Origin: Candidatus Omnitrophota bacterium
GTDB taxonomy: Bacteria; Omnitrophota; Gorgyraeia; JACQQV01
DNA: 64,000 nt
NCBI GenBank assembly: GCA_016206785.1
Contig: JACQQV010000048.1
Span: 1,889-65,888, forward strand
Direction: 5' to 3'
This document shows, one piece after another, positions 37,808-47,417 of this stretch (position 1 is its first letter; every line of letters begins with the position of its first letter). The position numbers and the translations under genes are program-made. Under the pieces are notes generated by a model. The model saw only the letters and a list, made by a program, of their open reading frames with translations. It made no database searches and was not told the DNA's origin.

Positions 37808-38162
37808 GAGGGGAGCGGTGATCGTGGCAGGAACCGTATTCCTCATGGGGGTGGGTGAGTTCTCTTTTGCGGGGAATTATGTGTATGAGAAAAAGGGCCG
37901 CGACCCCTTCTGGCCGCTTGTCACAGAAAGCGGAAAGGTGCTTCAGGGATTTGATGTGGCCACATTGGAAGATATCTACTTGGAGGGGATTATCTGGGAC
38001 TCCAAGGGAGATTCGATTGCAATGATCAATGGGATGATCCTGCGGAAGGGTGACCGCATCGGGGACTTTGAAATTTTGAAGATTGAGGAGGATCGTGTGA
38101 TCCTCCAATCGGCGAATGGGCACCATCTTTTGACGCTCGACAAGGACAAAAAAGATTTCTAA
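37758..38162 (+). CDS. pilP: PilP-like pilus assembly protein
   Basis: The C-terminus 'EGIIWDSKGDSIAMINGMILRKGDRIGDFEILKIEEDRVIL' resembles the PilP beta domain. The start is uncertain; a GTG at 37818 is an alternative. Confidence 0.55.
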   Translation: MLDLLWKPLYAKRRVLERGAVIVAGTVFLMGVGEFSFAGNYVYEKKGRDPFWPLVTESGKVLQGFDVATLEDIYLEGIIWDSKGDSIAMINGMILRKGDRIGDFEILKIEEDRVILQSANGHHLLTLDKDKKDF

Positions 38163-38178
38163 GAAGGAAGGGGGGACG

Positions 38179-39777
38179 TTGGTGAAAGAAAATTTGGGGG
38201 AATGGCGGAAGGTTCTCTTTTTTGGAATCGTCATCGGTTTGAGTGCATTCACCACCGTCTCGGGTCAAGAGGGAAGGGCCCCCTCGGAGGTTCCTCCCAA
38301 CGGGGGAATAGCCGATGCGGGGATCGTGGAGACAACTCCCGGCAACATTACCATGGATTTCAAAGACGCTGATATCAATAATGTGCTTCGGATTCTTTCC
38401 TACAAAAGTGGCGTCAATATCGTCACAGGAAAGGATGTCCAGGGACTGGTGACGATTCGCTTAACCGACGTCCCGTGGGAAAAGGCGTTGGATGTGATCT
38501 TAAGGACCTACGGCTTCTCCTACGAACGGGAAGGAAACATCATCCGTGTGACCACCGTGGAAGGTCTTGAGAAAGAGGAGCTCGTGACGGAAGTCTTTGT
38601 CTTAAACTATGCAAAGGCCTCTTCCGTGATCGAATCGATTCGGGATATTTTGACGGAGAGGGGAAGGGTCCGTTTTGACGAAAGGACAAACGTCCTCATC
38701 GTGAGCGATATCCCGACCAACATTTATAAGATTAGCCAAGTCGTGAAGCGCCTGGATCAACGCACACCGCAGGTGGCGATTGAAGCCAAGATCGTGGAGA
38801 CGAGCCTCGACAATGATGACAAGCTCGGGATCGACTGGTCGATTCAAGTGGCGGCCAGGGGATCTGCCCGACCGACCACGTTTCCGTTCGAAAAGTTTGG
38901 AAGAAAGAATTTAGGAATACTGAAGCCTGTCGTCGGCACGGCCGATACCACGGCAGCGAATACGACAACGGTGGGAAGCGGAGGTGCCACCACCTCAACC
39001 ACAGCGCTCTCTACCTTTCCTGCGGCCCAGGCATTCCCCTTTGTCACGAAGGATCAATTTACTTTTGGAACACTCGCCTTTGATCAGTTTTCACAGATTT
39101 TGGAGATCTTGAAATCGAGGCGGGACACCCGCATTCTCTCCAATCCGAGGATTACGACGCTTAACAATCAGACGGCCAACATTCTCGTCGGAGAGATCCT
39201 TGCCATACCGATCTTTGAACGGAACGAAAATACCGGCAATGTAGAGATCACAGGCTACACCGAGAAAGACCTCGGGATTAAACTGTCGGTCACCCCTCAC
39301 GTGAATGATGAGGGGATGATCCTGGTCGAGATCAAGCCTGAGATCTCAAGCCTTTTGGGGTTTGACGAACTCACCCCCGAGGTGAGGGCTCCCCGTTTTG
39401 CCACCCGAGAAGCGGAGACGCAGATTCTCGTGAGGGATGGCGACACGATCGCCATCGGGGGGCTTGTCTCGGAGAACAAAACGGATTCTGTGAGGAAGGT
39501 CCCCCTTTTGGGAGATATCCCCGGTTTAGGATATTTTTTCACTTCGAAGACCAATACGAAGGATAGAACCGATCTCCTTTTCTTTGTGACAGTGCATATT
39601 GTCACGGATCGGGATTTCCAGGAAGCGAAGTTGGCCACCGAGAAGATGGGGGAAAGACCGTCCCTCGGTAAGGTCCAACCCCCGACGAAGGAAGAGAAAG
39701 AACAAAGGGTGCAGGAGGGATTTATTGAGGAGCAAAAAGCCCCCTCTCCCGAAGCGCCTCTTCCTGGGACTCCTTAG
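38179..39777 (+). CDS. pilQ: Type IV pilus secretin PilQ
   Basis: The secretin N domain has 'NIVTGKDVQGLVTIRLTDVPWEKALDVIL'. The secretin C domain has 'RILSNPRITTLNNQTANILVG' and 'VPLLGDIPGLGYFF'. Confidence 0.9.
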   Translation: MVKENLGEWRKVLFFGIVIGLSAFTTVSGQEGRAPSEVPPNGGIADAGIVETTPGNITMDFKDADINNVLRILSYKSGVNIVTGKDVQGLVTIRLTDVPWEKALDVILRTYGFSYEREGNIIRVTTVEGLEKEELVTEVFVLNYAKASSVIESIRDILTERGRVRFDERTNVLIVSDIPTNIYKISQVVKRLDQRTPQVAIEAKIVETSLDNDDKLGIDWSIQVAARGSARPTTFPFEKFGRKNLGILKPVVGTADTTAANTTTVGSGGATTSTTALSTFPAAQAFPFVTKDQFTFGTLAFDQFSQILEILKSRRDTRILSNPRITTLNNQTANILVGEILAIPIFERNENTGNVEITGYTEKDLGIKLSVTPHVNDEGMILVEIKPEISSLLGFDELTPEVRAPRFATREAETQILVRDGDTIAIGGLVSENKTDSVRKVPLLGDIPGLGYFFTSKTNTKDRTDLLFFVTVHIVTDRDFQEAKLATEKMGERPSLGKVQPPTKEEKEQRVQEGFIEEQKAPSPEAPLPGTP

Positions 39778-39785
39778 GGACCTTC

Positions 39786-39828
39786 ATTCACCCCGTTAGA
39801 GATTTCATCTCTAACGGGGTTCATTTGA
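39786..39828 (+). repeat. Palindromic repeat copy 2 (ACCCCGTTAGAG-loop-CTCTAACGGGGTT), intergenic after pilQ
   Basis: The sequence matches the 31203-31245 element. Confidence 0.6.
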
Positions 39829-39830
39829 AA

Positions 39831-39896
39831 CCACAGAATCACGATGGCACCCGCCCAAAACGGGGGTGGGGGTGATCTCTGTGGTTTGTTTTTTTA
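39831..39896 (+). terminator. Terminator-like structure after pilQ: long imperfect stem (ccacagaatcac/gtgatctctgtgg) followed by TTTGTTTTTTT
   Basis: Seen directly in the sequence. Confidence 0.45.
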
Positions 39897-39911
39897 TGGA
39901 AAGGGTTTCAG

Positions 39912-41429
39912 ATGACAACTAAGGAAATTTTGATTAATGCAGAAGAGCAGGAAATGAGGGCGGCTGTTCTGGAGAATGGCATCCTTGAAGAGTTTTATGT
40001 CGAGCGGCGTAGCCACGAGCAGCTCATGGGAAATATCTACAAAGGGAAGGTCGATTCGGTTCTCCCGGGGATCGGTGCGGCCTTTGTCGACTTGGGGCTT
40101 GAAAAAAACGGCTTTCTGTATCTCTCGGATGTGGCGAGCCCCCATTATCTCTTCGATGAGGAAGTAGAGACTTCGAACAATGGAGAGAATGGGTCACACC
40201 CGAAAGATGAGCGCTCCTTGGCCGAAAAGGGGGCAGAACTTCTGAAAAAGGGAGAAGAGCTTTTGGTGCAGGTGGTGAAGGAGCCGTTTGGAAGGAAGGG
40301 GGCGCGACTCACGACGCACATCACCCTCCCCGGTCGGTATCTGGTTGCGATGCCTTACAACGGACATGTAGGTGTTTCGAAAAGAATTCATGATCCTGCA
40401 GAGCGAGACAGGCTTCGCACCCTGCTTGGGGGGCTTCGCATCCCTCAAGGGATGGGATTTATCGTCCGGACCGTGGGCCAAGGGAAGGGGAAGAAGGAGT
40501 TTGCCCGGGATACCCGGTATCTGGCAACGCTTTGGCACCGCATTCAGGTCAAGTCCAAGAAGCAATCTTCTCCTTCCCTCGTTCATGAGGAACACGACCT
40601 CATTTTACGGATGGTCCGCGATTCCTTCTCGGAAGAGATCCAGAAGATGATGATTGATTCAAAGGCCGAATATAAAAAGGCGCTCCATTTTGTGAAGTCA
40701 CTGGTTCCGGAACTCCATGCCAGACTGGAGTATTACCGGGGGGATATTCCCCTTTTCAAGAGAAAGGGGATTGAGGAGGAGATCGAGAAGATCTATGCCC
40801 GGAAGGTCTACCTCAAAAGTGGAGCCTATGTGGTCATTGAGAAGACCGAGGGGCTTGTGGCGATCGACGTCAACACCGGGAAATTTACAGGAAAGAAGAA
40901 ACAGGAGGATACCGCCTTCAAGACCAATTTGGAGGCGGCGGATGAGATCGCCCGACAGGTGCGGCTCCGAGACATCGGCGGCATCATCGTCATCGATTTT
41001 ATTGACATGGAAATGGAAGGCCACCGTCGGGAGCTGTTTCGATCGCTGGTCGATGACTTCCGGCGCGACAAGGCAAAGACCAACATCCTTTCCATTTCTG
41101 AGATCGGGGTTGTCGAAATGACCCGCCAAAGGATGCGGCAGGATCCCGAAAGCGTTTCTTATCAGGGGTGTCCTTACTGTTTGGGGAGGGGATCGGTCAA
41201 GAGCGTGGAGACGGTCTCCATTTCGGCGGTCCGGGAGGTCAAGAAGTTCTTCGCCCAGATGGGGAGGAGTTCGGAGGCGATCCTGTCGGTTCACCCTGAT
41301 GTGGCCGCCCACCTCTTAAGGGATAACCGCCGGTCTCTTAATTCCCTCGAGCGGATATTTAATGCCCGAATTACCCTGTGTGAGGATCCAAAGCTCCATA
41401 TTGAGGATGTGAAAGTGACCCCCATGTAG
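39912..41429 (+). CDS. rng: Ribonuclease G/E family (Rng/CafA-like)
   Basis: The S1 domain has 'GNIYKGKVDSVLPGIGAAFVDLG'. The catalytic core has 'GGIIVIDFIDM'. Confidence 0.85.
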   Translation: MTTKEILINAEEQEMRAAVLENGILEEFYVERRSHEQLMGNIYKGKVDSVLPGIGAAFVDLGLEKNGFLYLSDVASPHYLFDEEVETSNNGENGSHPKDERSLAEKGAELLKKGEELLVQVVKEPFGRKGARLTTHITLPGRYLVAMPYNGHVGVSKRIHDPAERDRLRTLLGGLRIPQGMGFIVRTVGQGKGKKEFARDTRYLATLWHRIQVKSKKQSSPSLVHEEHDLILRMVRDSFSEEIQKMMIDSKAEYKKALHFVKSLVPELHARLEYYRGDIPLFKRKGIEEEIEKIYARKVYLKSGAYVVIEKTEGLVAIDVNTGKFTGKKKQEDTAFKTNLEAADEIARQVRLRDIGGIIVIDFIDMEMEGHRRELFRSLVDDFRRDKAKTNILSISEIGVVEMTRQRMRQDPESVSYQGCPYCLGRGSVKSVETVSISAVREVKKFFAQMGRSSEAILSVHPDVAAHLLRDNRRSLNSLERIFNARITLCEDPKLHIEDVKVTPM

Positions 41430-41436
41430 GAAAGGC

Positions 41437-41515
41437 GGGACTAAGTCCCTTTTCCCCTTAGACCTAGTACAAAGGAACAAGTCTAACCGTCATTGGGACT
41501 TAGTCCCGAAGTTGC
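41437..41515 (+). repeat. Composite palindromic repeat, locus 1: GGGACTAAGTCCC-TTTTCCCCTTAGAC ... GTCTAAC ... GGGACTTAGTCCC
   Basis: Two 13-bp perfect palindromes flank an inner inverted repeat. It is related to the element at 55250-55345. Confidence 0.6.
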
Positions 41516-41528
41516 GAAGTTGCCAGAG

Positions 41529-41557
41529 TTGACAGCGAAGGGAAAATTTGATACGCT
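41529..41557 (+). promoter_or_regulatory. Candidate sigma70 promoter (TTGACA-17-TACGCT) for the rplU-rpmA-obg operon
   Basis: The -35 hexamer is exact and the -10 hexamer is weak. Confidence 0.3.
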
Positions 41558-41577
41558 ATTTCGCATTGGAGAAAACG

Positions 41578-41898
41578 ATGAAATACGCCATTATAGAGAC
41601 GGGTGGGAAGCAATATAAGGTATCCCAAGGGGATACGATTCTTGTGGAGAAGCTCGGGGTGGAGAAAGGAGCCTCTATCCATCTGGAAAAGGTTCTCTTT
41701 GTCAATAACGAAGGAAAAGTCCAGGTAGGGAGACCTTACCTCTCCGGCTCCAAAGTCCTTTGCGAAGTGTTGGGTGAGGCAAAAGGAGAGAAGGTCATCA
41801 ACTTTAAGTATCGGCGGAGAAAAGGGTATCGAAAAAAGAAAGGCCACCGCCAACAATTGACCCAGTTGAAGGTAAAGGAAGTCCAATTTAAAACGTAA
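41578..41898 (+). CDS. rplU: 50S ribosomal protein L21
   Basis: The N-terminus 'MKYAIIETGGKQYKVSQGD' was seen. Confidence 0.95.
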   Translation: MKYAIIETGGKQYKVSQGDTILVEKLGVEKGASIHLEKVLFVNNEGKVQVGRPYLSGSKVLCEVLGEAKGEKVINFKYRRRKGYRKKKGHRQQLTQLKVKEVQFKT

Positions 41899-41904
41899 AA
41901 GGAA

Positions 41905-41990
41905 AAAGGAAAAATTGAAATTCAAAATTTAAAATTTTAAGTTTTAAATTGAAGTTTTGAATTTTTCGTTTTGACTTTTGAATTGTATTT
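41905..41990 (+). repeat. AT-rich palindromic element, copy 1 (AAAATTGAAATTCAAAATTTAAAATTTTAAGTTTTAAATTGAAGTTTTGAATTTTT...)
   Basis: It lies between rplU and rpmA. A related copy lies at 63850-63945. Confidence 0.55.
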
Positions 41991-42001
41991 CAGGAGGAAG
42001 A

Positions 42002-42241
42002 ATGGCACATAAAAAAGGACAGGGAAGTTCCCATAACGGGCGCGAGTCCAAATCAAAGCGACTCGGCGTAAAACACTACGAAGGAGAAAACGTTACGGCT
42101 GGCTCGATCCTCGTCCGCCAAAGGGGAACCCGCTTCAAACCGGGCCTCAATGTTGGGCTTGGAAGAGATGACACCCTTTTTGCCACCGTGGACGGGAAGG
42201 TTCTTTTTCCGAAAAAACGGGTCATTTCCATCGTTCCCTAA
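42002..42241 (+). CDS. rpmA: 50S ribosomal protein L27
   Basis: The N-terminus '[24 protein letters not shown]' was seen. The RBS is AGGAGG. Confidence 0.95.
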   Translation: MAHKKGQGSSHNGRESKSKRLGVKHYEGENVTAGSILVRQRGTRFKPGLNVGLGRDDTLFATVDGKVLFPKKRVISIVP

Positions 42242-43237
42242 ATGTTTGTCGACACCGCTAAAATCGCTGTATGCGCGGGTCGCGGGGGGAAGGGATGCGA
42301 AAGTTTTGAACGGAACAGGTTTAAAATTTATGCCATCCCTTCAGGCGGTGATGGAGGGGGGGGTGGGGACGTTATTCTGGAAGCGGACCAAAATATCGTC
42401 ACGCTCCTTGACTTCTACTACCGACGCCATTTTCGATCCGAAAAAGGCGGCCCAGGGGGATCGAACCGAAAAAAAGGGAAAAGAGGGAAGGACCTCCTCC
42501 TCCGAGTTCCTCCCGGAACCGTGGTCCATGAGGCCCTCACCGGCTTAAGACTTCGAGATCTCAAATCAGTTGGGGAGAGGGTGATTGTTGCAAAAGGGGG
42601 AGCCGGTGGGAAGGGGAACGCCGACAGAGAAAAAGCGACAGAGGGGATCCCAGGCGAGGAACGCGAACTCCTCCTCGAACTCCGGCTCATTGCGGACTGC
42701 GGTATCGTCGGTTTCCCCAATGTAGGCAAATCAACACTTCTTTCGAAACTGACCAGCGCCCATCCCAAAATTGCGAGCTATCCTTTTACCACAACATCCC
42801 CCCTTCTTGGGGTTCTCACCCAGAAAAATTCCAAACGATCTGTTGTCATGGCAGATATCCCTGGGCTCATTGAAGGGGCTCATACGGGAAAGGGGTTGGG
42901 AGATCAATTTTTAAAACATATCGAACGGACCTCTTTTTTACTCCATCTCATGGATATGTCCGGTTCAGAGGGAAGAAACCCGGTGCACGATTACGAGACA
43001 ATTCGCCATGAGCTCGCTTCTTATGGAAAGGGGCTTTTGCAAAAATCGGAGCTTTTGGTTGCCAATAAGATGGATCTCCCTTCCTCGAAAGAGAATCTTT
43101 CCCGTTTTCAAAAGAAATTGAAGCGGGAGATCCTCCCCATTTCCGCCTTGACGGGGGAAGGCTTGGAGAAATTGGTCAAAGCACTTTTTAAGGTTTTTAC
43201 GTCACACCATGAGAAAGAAAGTATTAGGAAAGATTAG
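42242..43237 (+). CDS. obg: GTPase Obg/CgtA
   Basis: The Obg fold has 'GGDGGGGGDV'. The G domain has 'GFPNVGKST'. Confidence 0.9.
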   Translation: MFVDTAKIAVCAGRGGKGCESFERNRFKIYAIPSGGDGGGGGDVILEADQNIVTLLDFYYRRHFRSEKGGPGGSNRKKGKRGKDLLLRVPPGTVVHEALTGLRLRDLKSVGERVIVAKGGAGGKGNADREKATEGIPGEERELLLELRLIADCGIVGFPNVGKSTLLSKLTSAHPKIASYPFTTTSPLLGVLTQKNSKRSVVMADIPGLIEGAHTGKGLGDQFLKHIERTSFLLHLMDMSGSEGRNPVHDYETIRHELASYGKGLLQKSELLVANKMDLPSSKENLSRFQKKLKREILPISALTGEGLEKLVKALFKVFTSHHEKESIRKD

Positions 43238-44327
43238 GCGACTCGTTGTCAAGGTGGGATCCACCCTTCTTTTTTCCAAGACGGAAGGGATTGATCCAGA
43301 GCGCGTGCATGCGATTACCTCGCAGGTGGCTGCCCTTACGAAGGATGGGGTGTGGGTGGTCCTTGTGAGTTCCGGCGCCATCGCCTGCGGGATGAAACTA
43401 TTGGGGCTTCGCAATCGGCCTGAACGGCTCCCTGAGTTACAGGCGGCCGCTGCGGTGGGCCAAGCGAAACTGATGAAGCTATACGACGAGGATCTGCGCC
43501 ATAAGGGGCTTTTAACAAGCCAAATTCTTCTCACCCAGGATGATCTTCAACATCACAAGCGGTATTGGAATGCGCGAAATACCCTTCTGGCCCTTCTTCG
43601 GTTTGGCGCCATTCCGATTGTGAACGAGAACGACACCGTGGCAACAGAGGAAATCCGTTTTGGAGACAATGACCGGCTTTCAAGCCTTGTGGCCTGTCTC
43701 ATCGGGGCAGATCTTTTGGTGATTCTTTCGGATATCGACGGACTGTATCGGAATTTCCGCACAAAGGGTGAAGGAGAGATCCTCGATGTGGTGGAGGGAG
43801 TCAGCACCGACATCGAGGAGATGGCTTCAGAAGAAAAAGGGAAATTTTCAAGCGGAGGGATGAAGACAAAACTTCAGGCGGCAAAGATTGCGACAGGGGC
43901 CGGTATTCCGGTAGTCATCGCCAATGGAAGGAAAGAGCGCACCCTTTTAAAAGTCATTTCGGCTGAGACGGTGGGGACTCTGTTTTTACCCAAGACAGAC
44001 CGGATGGGGGCTCGGAAGAGTTGGATCGCATTTACCTCCAAACCCAGAGGAAAGGTGGTCGTTGATGAGGGGGCGAAAAATGCCCTTCTCCATCATGGAA
44101 GAAGCCTTCTTTCCTCAGGGATTGTTGCTGCAAAAGAGGAATTTGGCGGAGGAGAAGTGGTGAGCATCGTCGATCAAAAGGGAACAGAGTTTGCCCGGGG
44201 TCTCATCAATTATTCTTCTAGGGAGATTGAAAAGATCCGGGGGCAGCGGAGCGACCGAATTCTTGCCCTTCTCGGCTATAAAAGTTACGATGAGGTCATT
44301 CATCGGGACAACCTGGTGATTTTATGA
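43209..44327 (+). CDS. proB: Glutamate 5-kinase with PUA domain
   Basis: The motifs 'VVKVGSTLL' and 'VSSGAIA' were seen, with a C-terminal PUA domain. Confidence 0.9.
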   Translation: MRKKVLGKIRRLVVKVGSTLLFSKTEGIDPERVHAITSQVAALTKDGVWVVLVSSGAIACGMKLLGLRNRPERLPELQAAAAVGQAKLMKLYDEDLRHKGLLTSQILLTQDDLQHHKRYWNARNTLLALLRFGAIPIVNENDTVATEEIRFGDNDRLSSLVACLIGADLLVILSDIDGLYRNFRTKGEGEILDVVEGVSTDIEEMASEEKGKFSSGGMKTKLQAAKIATGAGIPVVIANGRKERTLLKVISAETVGTLFLPKTDRMGARKSWIAFTSKPRGKVVVDEGAKNALLHHGRSLLSSGIVAAKEEFGGGEVVSIVDQKGTEFARGLINYSSREIEKIRGQRSDRILALLGYKSYDEVIHRDNLVIL

Positions 44328-45586
44328 CAACAGCGATTCAGAAAGAAATGAAACATTTGGCGAAGGAGGCCCAGAAGGCGTCCAAGGTGCTTGCGGTCAC
44401 TTCGACAGAGGTGAAGAACCGTCTCCTTCGCCGGATGGCAGAAGCCCTTAAGAAGAACCGCCGCGCTCTCCTACGGGCGAACCGAAAGGATCTTGCGTTG
44501 GCCTCCAGAAAGGGAAGCTCAAAGGCCTTTTTAGACCGTTTACTCCTCGATGAAAAAGGAATTCAGGGGATGGCGGAGTCGCTCCTGACCATTGCCCGTC
44601 TCAATGATCCTGTCGGAGAGGTGATCCAGATGTCTCGTCGGCCAAGTGGCCTCATGATCGGAAAAATCCGCGTGCCCTTGGGGGTGATCGCGATCATCTA
44701 CGAATCTCGTCCGAATGTCACAAGCGACAGCGCGGGGTTGTGTCTTAAGGCGGGGAATGCGGTCATTCTCAAAGGGGGCAGTGAAGCCTCGGCGTCCAAT
44801 CAGGCGATTACGCATCTTTTGCAACAACTCCTTAAGAAAGAGGGAATCCCTCCTGCCGCTATTTCTCTCGTTCGACACGCCGGCCATGACGCGGTGAGGG
44901 CCCTTCTTCGTGAAGATCAGTTCATTAGTCTTGTCATTCCTCGGGGAGGGGAATCGCTCATTCGGGAAGTGGCAAGACTTTCCAAAATTCCTGTGATTAA
45001 GCATTACAAGGGAATCTGCCATGTGTATGTCGATTCCGAGTGTGACTTGAACATGGCGGAGAGCATTGCGATGAATGCCAAGGTGCAGCGTCCCGCAACC
45101 TGCAACGCGATGGAGACCCTTCTCGTTCATGAAGAGGTTGCCCCCCGCTTTCTTCCTCCTCTCATTCATCGACTTCGAGACGTTGGGGTGGAAATTCGGG
45201 GATGCGATCGGACGCGGAAACTGGTAAAGGGTCTGAAACGGGCGACGGAAAAGGATTGGCGGTCAGAGTACCTGGATCTTATTCTTTCGGTCCGTATCGT
45301 CAAAGACCTTTCGGAGGCGATCGCCCATATTACCGAATATGGTTCCATGCACACGGATACCATCGTTACGGAAAACCACGACCATGCCATGCGCTTCTTA
45401 CGGGAGGTCGATTCTGCCTGTGTGTTTGTGAACGCCTCGACCCGCATGAGTGATGGGGGGGTGTTTGGAATGGGGGCAGAGATCGGGATTTCGACGGAAA
45501 AGCTACATGCCCGCGGGCCGATGGGGCTCACGGAACTCACCTCTTATAAGTTTATCGGACTCGGAAACGGACAGATCCGTACCTAA
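44324..45586 (+). CDS. proA: Gamma-glutamyl phosphate reductase
   Basis: The motifs 'IYESRPNVT' and 'CNAMETLLVH' were seen. The start makes an ATGA overlap. Confidence 0.9.
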   Translation: MTTAIQKEMKHLAKEAQKASKVLAVTSTEVKNRLLRRMAEALKKNRRALLRANRKDLALASRKGSSKAFLDRLLLDEKGIQGMAESLLTIARLNDPVGEVIQMSRRPSGLMIGKIRVPLGVIAIIYESRPNVTSDSAGLCLKAGNAVILKGGSEASASNQAITHLLQQLLKKEGIPPAAISLVRHAGHDAVRALLREDQFISLVIPRGGESLIREVARLSKIPVIKHYKGICHVYVDSECDLNMAESIAMNAKVQRPATCNAMETLLVHEEVAPRFLPPLIHRLRDVGVEIRGCDRTRKLVKGLKRATEKDWRSEYLDLILSVRIVKDLSEAIAHITEYGSMHTDTIVTENHDHAMRFLREVDSACVFVNASTRMSDGGVFGMGAEIGISTEKLHARGPMGLTELTSYKFIGLGNGQIRT

Positions 45587-45594
45587 AGGATGCC

Positions 45595-46164
45595 ATGAAA
45601 AGGATCGGCCTTTTTGGGGGATCTTTCAATCCGATTCATCTTGGACACCTGATGCTGGCGGAGCAGGCCTATGTTTCCTTTGATCTTGAAAAGATTCTTT
45701 TTGTCCCTTCCCATACCACACCCCTTAAAAAAGAAGAAGGCCTCTTAGAGGTTCGTCACCGGTACCAAATGGTGCGTCTTGCCGTTTTAGGAAACCCCCA
45801 TTTTGGCGTTTCAGACATCGAGATCCGTCGGGGGGGGACATCCTACTCCATTGACACGGTCAGGACCCTGCGGAAAAAGTGGACGGAAGCGGCCTTCTAT
45901 TTCCTGATCGGGTCAGACTGTTTTCAAACCCTCTACGCCTGGAAAGAGGTGGAAGAACTTTTTCGCCTGTGCCATTTTGTGATCGCCCAACGCCCCGGGT
46001 TTCCACTGGGGCCGATCCCCAATGGCTTCCGGAAACTGGAGATGCCGCAGGTAGACATCTCTTCCCGCGAGCTTCGTGAGCGGATTCGCAAAGGCTTTTC
46101 GATTGCCTACCAGGTTCCCAAAGCGGTAGAACAGTATATTCGGCGGCACAAACTGTATCGATGA
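45595..46164 (+). CDS. nadD: Nicotinate-nucleotide adenylyltransferase
   Basis: The N-terminus 'IGLFGGSFNPIHLGHL' was seen. Confidence 0.85.
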   Translation: MKRIGLFGGSFNPIHLGHLMLAEQAYVSFDLEKILFVPSHTTPLKKEEGLLEVRHRYQMVRLAVLGNPHFGVSDIEIRRGGTSYSIDTVRTLRKKWTEAAFYFLIGSDCFQTLYAWKEVEELFRLCHFVIAQRPGFPLGPIPNGFRKLEMPQVDISSRELRERIRKGFSIAYQVPKAVEQYIRRHKLYR

Positions 46165-47417
46165 ACTTCCTCATGGCGAATCCTGTGATTTGGAAAGGGG
46201 CCCTTCTTCTCTTTCTGCTGGGGCTTTCTGGGTTTTTTTCTGCGTCAGAGACAACCCTTTTTTCCCTCTCCCGCATCCATTTAAAACGGATCAGCGATCG
46301 TCATCCTCACCACTACACCCTCATCGTCTCGCTTCTTGACCGACCCCGGCGTACACTCACAACGATCCTTATCGGGAATACCCTCGTGAATGTTGCTGCA
46401 AGTGCCCTCGCAGCCTCCCTCGCGATTCATTTCTTTGGAGACATGGGACTTACGATCGCGGTGGGAGGGATGACTTTTCTTCTTCTGATTTTTGGAGAGA
46501 TCAACCCCAAGACCGTTGCGACACGGAACGCGGAACGACTTTCCCCTTGGGTCGCCCCTTTTATTGAGGGTGTGGCGATTCTCACCCTTCCGATCCGTCG
46601 GCTGACGCGAGGGATTACCGATCTTTTCCTGGATCTTTTGACGGGGGAAAGTTACGCCTCCGAACCGTTCATTACAGCCCATGAACTCAAAACACTCGTT
46701 TCCATTGGGGAAAAAGAGGGGGTCTTGGACCGCGGAGAGACAGACATGATCCAGGCCGTGTTTGAGTTTGGAGAACTTCGTGTGAGTGAAATCATGACCC
46801 CGCGCGTCGACATTGTCGGATGTCCGGAGGGGGCCTCTTCTTCGGAGGTTAAGAAACTTCTTCAAAGTGCCAATCGGACGAAAGTTCCTGTGTATGAGGG
46901 CTCCCTGGATACGATTGTCGGGGTTCTCTCAACGAAGGACTTTCTTCTTTCCCAGGAAGAAAACTGGCGGAAACTGATTCGGCCCGCCACCTATGTCCCC
47001 GGCTCCAAAAAAATTGGAGATCTTCTTTCAGAATTTCAAAAGGATCGAGAATCTCTCGCCATCGTGATTGATGAGTATGGAGGGACGTCGGGACTCGTCA
47101 CGCTGGAAGATGTTCTTGAGGAAATTGTGGGTGAGATCCGAGATGAATACGATGTGGAGGAGGAGCATTTCCAAATGCTCGATCCTCATGCGTTCCGTGT
47201 GAGTGGCCGTGCCTCAATCCGGGAACTTCAGCAGAGGCTCGGCGTCACCCTCACCCCCTCAGACGCCCAGCGGGTCGCCGGATTTCTCCTCACAAAGTTG
47301 GGACGTCTTCCGAAAGCGGGAGAGATGTTCAAGGAAGGAGAAGTTCTTTTTACCGTAGAGGAAGTGAGGCGGAATCAAATCCGTAGAGTGACGGTGCGAA
47401 GGTCGGTCAAGCGATGA
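46161..47417 (+). CDS. CNNM/HlyC/CorC-family membrane protein (DUF21-CBS pair-CorC_HlyC)
   Basis: The protein has 4 transmembrane segments, CBS domains and a C-terminal transporter-associated domain. Confidence 0.8.
   Translation: MNFLMANPVIWKGALLLFLLGLSGFFSASETTLFSLSRIHLKRISDRHPHHYTLIVSLLDRPRRTLTTILIGNTLVNVAASALAASLAIHFFGDMGLTIAVGGMTFLLLIFGEINPKTVATRNAERLSPWVAPFIEGVAILTLPIRRLTRGITDLFLDLLTGESYASEPFITAHELKTLVSIGEKEGVLDRGETDMIQAVFEFGELRVSEIMTPRVDIVGCPEGASSSEVKKLLQSANRTKVPVYEGSLDTIVGVLSTKDFLLSQEENWRKLIRPATYVPGSKKIGDLLSEFQKDRESLAIVIDEYGGTSGLVTLEDVLEEIVGEIRDEYDVEEEHFQMLDPHAFRVSGRASIRELQQRLGVTLTPSDAQRVAGFLLTKLGRLPKAGEMFKEGEVLFTVEEVRRNQIRRVTVRRSVKR

Noticed and set aside
41430-41577. tRNA or other structured RNA in the rng-rplU spacer and in the 55206-55640 region
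   Set aside because: No cloverleaf could be assembled by eye (no T-loop GTTCRA-like motif, no acceptor-stem pairing). The palindromes are better explained as the GGGACTNNGTCCC repeat family.
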